Shown: piece by piece, positions 1 through 9,016 of the stretch | Numbering within the stretch: position 1 is the stretch's first letter | How the letters are laid out: each line of letters starts with the position of its first letter | Assembly (NCBI GenBank): GCA_964252035.1 | Contig: OZ176204.1 | DNA length: 64,000 nt | Direction: 5' to 3' (one strand) | Source of the DNA: Podarcis erhardii | Taxonomy: Eukaryota | Program-made: the position numbers and the translations under genes | Notes under the pieces: model-generated | The model's input: only the letters and a program-made list of their open reading frames with translations | What the model was told of the DNA's origin: nothing | Databases searched by the model: none

Positions 1-402
1 GCTACGAACATTTTGATTCCTTGTGAACAAGAAGAATCTAAATACCAGCACTTGAAAAGTGAGAGTAAAGATACTCTTGTTAAGCATTTTCAACTAAGGC
101 TCCAAGCTTTTGTTCCTTAAATTAGTTATCGCTTTTCAGTGGCTATCCAGACAGCTTGTCTCCAAATGTTGAGGAGGTCATAACTGTGTTTTTAAAAATG
201 CTCAGAGGAAGTAGCGACAAGTGCTTAATTCCACAAAAGTTTTACTTGTATAATTGACCTTCATTTATATTTATATATTTATATATTTATACAATGGTTC
301 CTCAAAGAGACAGGCATCAGGGCTGAGGCTTATTTGGGAGCACTGTCATGAGGGCAAGCAGCAGCGGGGTGAGGAAAAGAGACTTTGTACATGCCCACAG
401 GC

Positions 403-659
403 CACAGAATCATAGAACTGTAGAGCTGGGAGGGACCCCAAGGGTCATCTAGTCCAACCCCCCTTCAATGCAGGAATCTCAGCTAAAGGAATCTCAGCTA
501 AACCATACTTGACAGATGGCCACCCAACCCCTGCTTGAAAACCTCCAAGGTAGGAGAGTCCACCGCCTTCCGAGGGAGGCTGTCCCACTGTAAAACGTCT
601 CTTACCACCAGAAAGTTCTTCCTTAGTCAGAATCTCCTTTCTTGCAACTTGAAGCCATT
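403..659 (-). mobile_element. CR1 LINE 3' fragment
   Basis: Begins cacagaatcatagaactgtagagctgggagggacc, the reverse of a CR1 (ATTCTRTG)n tail; closely similar to copies at 38381 and 50984. Confidence 0.8.
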
Positions 660-1129
660 TTCTTTGCTATGTACTACCTCACTGTACTCCTGTAGGAGGA
701 GAGGAGAGTCCAGGAGTTATTTCCAGTTGGCAGCAGGTGGGTGTATGTGTGGAATGAAAAAGGGAGGAACTGAAAAATGGGATTGAGCGGCACAAGAAAG
801 AGCCCTTGGGAGAGGAGTCGTGTGAAGTCATTGTAAAGGAGGTTGTCGTGGCTTTCCAACTCAGCATCAGCGAGCCACACCTGGGTTCACCTGGTTCTCT
901 GTAATAGAGATGTGGAGCCTCAGATGCAGGGGCTGAATGTTGTCCCTCTAAGCCTATCTGGCTCCCAGCAGTCTCCAGAGGCCACAAATGGGTCTCCAGG
1001 CCACAGGCCTCAGAGGTCTCTAGGCCACAGGCCTCACTGCCCCTGCTTTGAAGCTTTTTTGTGTGGCTTGGATGTGTCCTTTAGCTCTAATAATGCCTCT
1101 CGCTTGCTTGGACGAAGGATAGAGATGAC

Positions 1130-1155
1130 TGTGTGTGTGTGTGTGTGTGTGTGTG
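1130..1155. repeat. (TG)13 microsatellite
   Basis: Read directly. Confidence 0.95.
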
Positions 1156-1287
1156 ATTGCATGCAGAAAATAGCCTAGTATACAAAAGTAAAACAGGTAT
1201 TCATTGCTTGGTCCACTTTTATGTCTAGCTGTGGAAAGTTGCTCGGAAGGGAATGTGGGCCTCAGATGGAAAAGAGTCCCCCCCCCA

Positions 1288-1308
1288 AATAATAATAATA
1301 ATAATAAT
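1288..1308. repeat. (AAT)7 microsatellite
   Basis: Read directly. Confidence 0.9.
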
Positions 1309-1340
1309 AGGAGAGGGGTTCAAAGTGAGTGAGATGAACC

Positions 1341-1608
1341 AGTTAAGTTGTGGATTGACATAGCAGACGACACAGCGATTTCTCCAAAGCAGCTCTTTAT
1401 TTTGTAAGCTGGAATAGAACTGACTAGCAAACAGCTCAGCTGGCCTGCTTTTATAGGCAGCCGGCTGTCAACATTGTAGCAACAACAACCCAGAGTTTCC
1501 CGCCTAAAATAACTGACGTGGACCTGAGTGAAAACTATCTACAGACCTGAGTGAAAACTATCTACAGTATCCCCCTGCTGGCCCAGGGTGAAACTTCACT
1601 ACATAACA
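1341..1608 (-). mobile_element. Solo LTR (268 bp) with 5-bp TSD GAACC
   Basis: Minus strand starts TGTTATG and ends CTTAACT (CA end mutated). GAACC occurs at 1336-1340 and 1609-1613. TATAAAA at 1455-1449, AATAAA at 1401-1396, and an internal 23-bp tandem duplication at 1521-1566. Confidence 0.8.
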
Positions 1609-1907
1609 GAACCCTCTTCTCACTGTCCACTTTTTAAAAAGCCGTTGTTCTCCCAACAGGACTTACTTCATTTTCGGACAGGGAGCCTCACGAGAAAAGG
1701 CTTTTGAAAATTGGTTGCAAGGGGAAAGGGTGGGCAGGGAGGGTTCATTTCCCCACATGACACACTTTCAGTCTGCACCCTTTTGAGAATTAAGACAGCA
1801 AACACAATCCTGTCCAGGGTTCTGGAGTATGTATGCTGAATCCAACCTAATGGATAACTGCCGAGATGAGTAGATTATTTAGGAAACTGGGCATCTAAAA
1901 ACACGTA

Positions 1908-1990
1908 TATGTTGTAAGCCGGCCACAGGGGCTGGGGAAACCCAGCCAGATAGGCGGGGTATAAATTAAAAAAATCATTATTATTATTAC
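1908..1990 (+). mobile_element. 3' tail of an L2-type LINE or L2-dependent SINE
   Basis: tgtaagccggccacaggggctggggaaacccagccagataggcggggtataaat followed by an (ATT)n tail. Confidence 0.55.
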
Positions 1991-2868
1991 ATTGATCATT
2001 CAGACCATAAATAAGGATATTTTTCAGGACCAACATATATTAGTAATTTATTGGCCAGGAAGACTTAGCATGCAGCTGCCACTAATTAAGCGTTTGCTAG
2101 CTCTTTCTACAAAGTGGTGTTGTGTGACAAGACACCATGTCTTCCTTTTGTCCTTAAAACAGGAAATAGTTGTGGTAATGGCACAGTAGATGTTGGCAAA
2201 CTTTGGTTTATTCTGTCAATTTAGCCTCACCAAAACCACCAAAGAAATTGTCATCTTTTTGTGGTCTGTTTTGCGGTTGATGAAAGAAAGCAGGAAGTCA
2301 ACTGAGGTAATTTTAGATCTGGGCTAGGGAACTAATTATTGCCTGTCTTATACCGAACCTAAATCAAAGTGAGAAAAAAATGCTTCATGTACCAAAGGTT
2401 ACATCCCTGGTTGCTCCAGGTAACAGAATCTCAGTTAAGTAGAGCTAGGAAAGAAAAGTGCCTGAGACTTTTGAAGAAGCATTTTTTAGTGGACAATAGT
2501 GGGCTAGAAGGACCAGTTAAGGCAGTTTCATATGTTCATATATGTTGTGGCATCTGACTTCAGAACCATTAATGCATTATCAGCTACTAGATAAATACTT
2601 GTAGACGAGGAATTAGCTTTTCTGCAGTGGACTATTTCCTTTTAGTCGGGCTGTTGGTTTGATTGATTGGTTGATTAACTAAGGAAGGAGCTAATTTAAG
2701 CAAAAGCAAATTTTGGATGAGGGTACACTTCTTTGTTATGAGCAAGCACACATTTAATTATTTTGTGGTATTTCTTCACGTATCCACTGTTTACTGAAGA
2801 GGCCATGTAGAATTTTTGGCTATGCCCAATGTGATCTAGCAGCAGATTTAAAGATGCATGTATTACAC

Positions 2869-3003
2869 CAGGCTTCCTCAAACTTGGCCCTCCAGATGTT
2901 TTGGGACCACAACTCCTATCATCCCTAGCTAACAGGACCGGGGGTCAGGGATGATGGAGTTGTAGTCCCAAAACATCTGGAGGGCCAAGTTTGCCTGTGC
3001 CTG
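2869..3003. mobile_element. Palindromic hAT MITE, TSD TATTACAC
   Basis: Long inverted arms (ctccagatgttttgggaccacaactcc / ggagttgtagtcccaaaacatctggag); 8-bp TSD at 2861-2868 and 3004-3011. Confidence 0.85.
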
Positions 3004-3719
3004 TATTACACACATACCCCACAATGTTTCCGTTTTAATAATTTTGTCCTGGAATTTTTAATCTGAGATAACAATTCCTCTACACTATTTCCACGTGCAT
3101 GGTGGACATCTGGAAAAAGAGCAACTTGAACAATTCTAATTATAGAAAGCCCTGTTTGGTTATTTAGAGGGACAGAATGATTCTCATCCATTAGTCTGGC
3201 ATCTAAGAATAAATTATACTTGCTGAATGACAACATACGCAGCCACGCTGGAGTGGAACTCCATAAGCAGTGAAACTCCAGAGATTATTCTGCACCTCCT
3301 AGGAACGTTCTTAAGGCTAAACACAATCCTTCAGACAGTTACAGAAGGATGGAATTTTTAAAATCTGGGAGTGACTTAGGGCAGCCTTCAAACTGTAACA
3401 TGAGAAATGATCTTCATTGGTTGCCTTACAAAGGAAGTTCTGGGTTCACTGGCTAGGTCTGGTGGAAAGGAAACTGGCAACAATCTCTCTGTGTAAAACT
3501 AACAACCAGCATCTTATTTTTGTTCACTGATAAAGAATTCCTGTCAGGAACTTCAGCCCGACTCCAGACTGTTGCTTCCTTTTAAGATGTTGCTTCCATT
3601 GGCTGAACTCTCCTGCACCCCTCATAACTTACTGCCTTGCCTCTTAGGTTGTTTCTAATGTTACTTTATATTGATATTAGTCATGAGATAATATATGATG
3701 ATGATGATTAGTCATGAAA

Positions 3720-3890
3720 TCCAGTGTCGGATAGCAGTGTGTTCAAATTTCTGCTCAGCCATGAAACTCACTGGGTGACCTGGGTCTGACACAGCCTCTC
3801 AGCCCAACCAATTTCACAGGTATAAAATGGGGAGGGAAGGGACCCACCTTTCTGAGGATATGTGGGGTATAAATGCAATAAACAAATTAT
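3720..3890 (+). mobile_element. Degraded tRNA-derived SINE
   Basis: B-box-like gttcaaatttc, CORE-like ctcactgggtgacctggg, and an A-rich tail. Confidence 0.5.
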
Positions 3891-4135
3891 AGTCATTTAT
3901 CTTAAAAAGGGTTATATGCTGGAAGCATATCAGAGGCCCCAATGAACCACAGTCCCATGTTTTTGAAGCGCATAAGGTTGTGCCTAAGTGTAGTACAATT
4001 CATATTGCACATAATATAATGTTTATGTGTCATCGGGCTCCTTGGGTAGAAGGGCAGTACACAAATTTAATAAATGTCTACCTACCTAACTACTTACAGC
4101 TGTGTGGATAGTTTCATTATATAGTCTAGTCACTA

Positions 4136-4512
4136 GCGGGTGGTGCTGTAGTCTAAACCACTGAGCCCCTTCAGCTTGCTGATCAGAAGGTCAGCAGCTC
4201 GAATCTGCATGACGGGGTGAGCTCCCTTTGCTCTGTCCTAGCTTCTGCCAACCTAGCAGTTCAAAGTATACCAGTGCAAGTAGATGAATAGGTGCCGCTG
4301 TGGCAGGAAGGTAAATGGCGTTTCCGTGTGCTCTGGTTTCCGCCATGGTGTTCCGTTGTGCCAGAAGTGGTTTAGTCATGCTGACCACATGACTCGAAAA
4401 GCTGCCTGTAGACAAATGCCGGTTCCCTTGGCCTGAAAGCGAGATGAGCGCTGCACCCCATAGTTGCCTTTGACTGGACTTAACCATCCAGCGGTCCTTT
4501 ACCTTTACCTTT
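4136..4512 (+). mobile_element. Sauria SINE (near full length)
   Basis: ggtggtgctgtagtctaaaccactgagc...cagtgcaagtagatgaataggt..., ending in (ACCTTT)n; homologous to the 38452, 47815 and 53028 copies. Confidence 0.88.
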
Positions 4513-4589
4513 TACTGGACTGAATGGTATCTGTGTGGAGTCCGGAGTTTCCTTTTGTTCTGTTCTTGTTGAAGAAAGACAATAAAATT

Positions 4590-4930
4590 CTGTGTAGGGG
4601 CAGATGGAACTCATCAACCTGGGCAGCCCATCTAGGGGTAGGAAGAGGAAAACTCGGCTGTTAAACCTTCACTGCCTTGCCGGATAACTTCGGGAGAAGA
4701 AAGGGCTAAGGCAGGCTTCCTCAACCTTGGCCCTCCAGATGTTTTGAGACTACAATTCCCAGCATCCCTGACCACTGGTCCTGCTAGCTAGGGATCATGG
4801 GAGTTGTAGGCCAAAAACATCTGGAAGGCCAAGGTTGAGGAAGCCTGGGCTAAGGAGTAAACCCTACACAAATCTGGAGTGAAGCCCCTAAAGCGGTTGG
4901 ATTGTGCCTTGTACATGTACTTCCTAAGGA
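4590..4930 (+). mobile_element. Probable RTE/BovB-type LINE 5' fragment interrupted by a MITE
   Basis: ctcatcaacctgggcagcccatctagg...gaaaactc...aaccttcactgccttg...gagtaaaccctacacaaatctggagt resembles RTE 5' UTRs I recall; not verified. Confidence 0.35.
4712..4847. mobile_element. Palindromic hAT MITE, TSD GGCTAAGG
   Basis: TIRs caggcttcctcaaccttggcc / ggccaaggttgaggaagcctg; TSD at 4704-4711 and 4848-4855. Confidence 0.9.
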
Positions 4931-6074
4931 CAGTCACCTAAAAGAAAGTTACTTGCCACTCTTGATTCCGGATTTGATTAATACTGTATTCATTTGATTT
5001 GCCCAGTTTGACTTCCAGGGTGGTTCAGTCATTATGTCACTAACTGATTTCATGAAAGAATGCATTTCTAAAAGTGAAAAAGACTTCAGCAGAAAAATAA
5101 AATAGTGAGGATTTTTCCATTTTGGAAAACCATACACCCTGTATCACTGCTGATACACAGCTATTCATAGTACAGTAACTAGAAATCTTCTTCTTCTTTC
5201 AGTCCAAAGATGTTCCTGAAAGTCAGGGGTATACATTTATATGTTGCATAATCTTATTTCTGAGGGAAAAAATGAAGGAAGTGAAAACTGTTTAACATAC
5301 AAATTTCAACAAATTCAGCCATGATCTTATATATGCTCACACACTTTCTAGGGTGAGCCACTTGAAAAAATGCTATTCTTCCAAAAGAAGAAATTGCCCG
5401 GTTTGAATAGTGCTATATCCACTGATTGTGTTACAAATTAATTTCATTTAACTTTAATTATTAGAAATTGGAATTTTTCCTCAGAAAAATATAGCAGTTT
5501 TCCATTCTGGAAAATTTCCCGCCTCCTGTCACAGTATAAAAATCCTGCACTCACCCCAGACATTTTCCAGCTATTGTCTTCTCCACTATGTACAGAGTGA
5601 GAGTAGGGAGGAAAGTGCTTCATGGGTTCTCTTTTTGTTATTGCTGAATTCACTGGATAAGTATCTCCACATGTATCTACTTACAAACTACACGTTATCT
5701 GATTCTGGCTAGTATTTCACTTCCCTGTGAAGGAAGCAGGCAAAGATAAGAGGCAGCAAAAACCGCAAATGCAACAAGTTATTAACTTAATTTCAAGCCC
5801 TAATTTTGCCTGCATAATTAACTTCAGGTTTAAAGATATATTCTTCTGTCCCACTTAGGAATGATGAGACCAAGCCGAGAGTGTAGTTGTGGATCCATTC
5901 AGCTGAGATTGAACCAACTCAGAGGTGTTATAGCCTGATTTATTTATTGACAGTCCTAGATTGTATAGCCAGAGATTCAAGATGGGTTCAAGTGTTATAT
6001 ATAAAAGAGCAAAAACAGGAGGTTTGGTTTCTCTGTGTCTTCAGATGACAAAACCCTGCTGTGCAGGTTCACAT

Positions 6075-6078
<4 letters not shown>

Positions 6079-6115
<37 letters not shown>
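6079..6115. repeat. (TG)~18 microsatellite
   Basis: Read directly. Confidence 0.95.
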
Positions 6116-6119
<4 letters not shown>

Positions 6120-6488
6120 GAAAAAAGGGAGGGATGTACTTATTTTTTTTTGCAGAGAGTGCCCATGCACAATTCTTACTGTAGCACAACTGAATCCAAT
6201 AGCCAGCATGGGCCAGGAGAAGTGCTGTGCTGTGTTAACCTATCCTATACTGTTTTGTCCTGCTATGCTGCTTTTGCTTGTGCTGCCACTTGCACAACAA
6301 AAATAGCTTGCACAACATTGCGGACTCTCCCACTTTTTGTACTAAATGGTTCTTGCCAAGTGACCTCAGGGCTTCTTCCTCCAACTTGCACTCCAGGTCT
6401 GGATTCAGTCATGGTCCCAACGCATAAAAGATGTAATAGGCACAGAAGGAAACAAATTGGAGAACACTATCGTTTGTTTTTGCAGTAT

Positions 6489-6494
6489 TTTAAT
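6489..6494 (-). terminator. Candidate distal poly(A) signal ATTAAA
   Basis: The + strand TTTAAT is followed on the minus strand by a GU/U-rich tract (6441-6468, atagtgttctccaatttgtttccttctgtg). Other AATAAA candidates lie at 5943-5948, 9007-9012, 9553-9558 and 10699-10704. Confidence 0.3.
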
Positions 6495-8783
6495 ACAGCA
6501 TTAAACTGCTATAATGCTAAAAGCAAGCCATATACTATTCAGCAAATAAGGCACATGTCGGAATGCCATTTTATGGACAATCCACAACAGAGGTTTGACA
6601 GTCTTTTAAACAACCCAGCTAACCAGTTATCACCTTCATGGCTGAAATAAGCCTGGCACCCCTGAGGCCTATGTCCATAGAAATGTTATCATTATTATTA
6701 TTTTTAAGCTGTACAAATTAATTACCAGTTACAGAAGAGAAAAATTATACGACTGAAACTGAAAAGAAGTCTGTGGGTACAGCTATGATGTTTTTTTCTT
6801 TAAGTTTATAAGTAATTGAACTAATCTAAACTGGTAGACGTTAATATGATAAAAGGGTTAGTTTTATACAATGTAGTGATTGCTGCTCTAAATAACCTTT
6901 GTAAAGGAAAAACAAGCCCAGTACAGGATTGAACCTATCTCCTATTTTAGCATGGTTTAAGAATCACACAAACAATCTTAATATAATGGAGCTATGTGAA
7001 ACCATAAAGCGTAAGATGCATAAAATACGTGCACATGCATATTGTATCATTTTATGAATTCTAAATAAAAAATAAACACAAAATGCTTGTGTCAATCTAA
7101 CTCTTTCTTGATTATGGCCACTGATTGATAGTACTGTATTGTTTTACGGCTAGCATGGCATCGCAAATCCCACAGCGTCATTGCAAACCGCTGTGAGCCT
7201 TCCTTAGCAAAACAATGTCTCCCCCCTCCCAGCCACCCACCCTGAAGAGATAGTGTAAAAATAATAATAATCAGATAATATAACCGTGTTACAGAATTTC
7301 TGAAAGCCAAATCTGGACTCTTTGGATCATTTCACACATTACATTGCAACAAAACGAGGGAGCTGCAGCAAACCCTGCTGTCGAATCTAAATGATGTTAC
7401 ATGTTTGTCACATTTACCCCTTGCATGTTAAGGTATGCAGTAGGTTATTTTAAAAAAACTAGATGTACACCTGAAAAACATAATGTGTGAATAAGTCCTT
7501 TGAGCATTTGCACTTCAAATCTAACTCTTTGCACCGGAGTCCCTGCTATGCTACTATAAAACTGTGCCGACATAGAAGTCATTATAGCCCCATCCTAAGC
7601 ATAAGTTTTGGGAGTGGGCTATAAACAAGTATGTCTTTCATAAGGTCATAAAGTGATAGTGTAACATCTGATTCTTACCAAATCAGTTATAGCTTCTCTA
7701 AAAAGGCAATACTTTTCAAAATACACATATAAATAAACCGAATAAGCATATTAATATAAGTTCTAAACACCTGAATAATATACTGGTTACTTAATACTGA
7801 TATTTTCATCCAAAAGAAAACAACAACAAAAACAACAACAATATGGCTTAAAGAATTGCAAGGGTTTTTTTTTCTTCATGTCAGAATTATGTACCAACTT
7901 TCATATAATATTCTATGTAGACAATATTTCCTTCTTAATGTAGTTCTGTTGCATACTTTATACAGACAAAAGCATTGTAAAAAAAAGAAAAAAGCAAAAG
8001 CAAAAAAGCAAATTCCTTTCATAAATATTTTCTTGAGGATACACCCTTAATTTTGTATAATACTTAAGAAAACTCTTAGCTCTGTTAGTATTCTAGTAAA
8101 AAAATCCAAGGCCCTTTTTGAAAGCTTCAGAGTTGTAAAAACACTTTTTAAAAAACCCAAACAGAACAAACAATATTATTTTTTTTAAAAAAAGGCCCTC
8201 AAATATATACAAAAAAAGGTTACTGCAAAGAGTTTCCAGATAACAATTCAGTATTACAAAGAAATATTTGTAACCATTCAAAAATTTAAACACCTAAAAA
8301 GTTTTTCCCCCAAAATACACACACAGTATTAAAAAGAAGAAAGGAACTCTATGTCAAGTATAACTCAAGATAAATACACATCTGCAAGTAAAACTGTAAA
8401 ATATTTCATAACAGGGGTAAACAGTAATATCAATTGACTACATCTATTAACTGCACACGATTGTCCCTTTGATATTCATCCTAAGAAAACACAAACCTTC
8501 ATTTGTATAGCTACAATTTCAGTCGTCTTACTGAGTGCTACAGCCATTCAACAATACTTCCAGAGGCAGTGGTTTTTGTAGACATAAAACAGATAGGCAC
8601 TGAGATCATACATATATATATATATACACATACACACTGCCTTAAAGAATGACAGTGTGGATCATTCCGTTAAGTCTGAATTAAAACCCGATATCTGCTT
8701 GCTTAAATTTTAACAAGGTTTACATGAGGATGACTTAGCACTTGCATTATCAGAAGCCTATATAATGTCTAGAACAACGTAGT

Positions 8784-9016
8784 TCCAGTTACAGATAGGT
8801 AGCCGTGTTGGTCTGCCATAGTCAAAACAAAATAAAAAAATTCCTTCCAGTAGCACCTTAAAGACCAACTAAGTTAGTTCTTGGTATGAGCTTTCGTGTG
8901 CATGCACGAAATCTGAAGAAGTATCTGAAGTATCTGAAGAAGTGTGCATGCACACGAAAGCTCATACCAAGAACTAACTTAGTTGGTCTTTACTGGAAGG
9001 AATTTTTTTATTTTGT
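8784..9016. mobile_element. Penelope-like (PLE) LTR-derived insertion, inverted arrangement, 14-bp TSD
   Basis: TAGAACAACGTAGT occurs at 8770-8783 and 9017-9030. Inverted arms lie at about 8826-8907 and 8944-9017. Contains tagcaccttaaagaccaac...gagctttcgtgtgcatgcac, shared with the 19305 remnant. Confidence 0.75.
8930..8967 (+). ncRNA. Minimal type I hammerhead ribozyme motif (PLE type)
   Basis: GUAU-CUGAAGA-A-GUGUG(CAUG)CACAC-GAAA-GC-UC^AUAC. It has the conserved core, a 5-bp stem II, a 4-bp stem I (GUAU/AUAC) and a palindromic AGCU stem III. There is one extra A after the CUGANGA box. Confidence 0.7.

Noticed and set aside
696-736. 41-nt + strand exon-like segment (tgtag|...CAG|gtgggt)
   Set aside because: The splice signals are plausible, but there is no recognisable peptide or partner exon; compatible with chance.
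1-6400. PPIF 3' exons expected from mammalian synteny
   Set aside because: No cyclophilin motifs were seen in any frame; the gene probably lies left of the window.
5961-6650. 229-aa + strand ORF, the longest in the track
   Set aside because: Runs through a (TG)n microsatellite, is Cys/Thr-biased, has no recognisable domain and lacks convincing splice context.
7064-7076. Tandem AATAAA on the + strand suggesting an antisense transcript end
   Set aside because: Explained by the A-rich + strand of a U-rich minus-strand UTR; no + strand gene was found.
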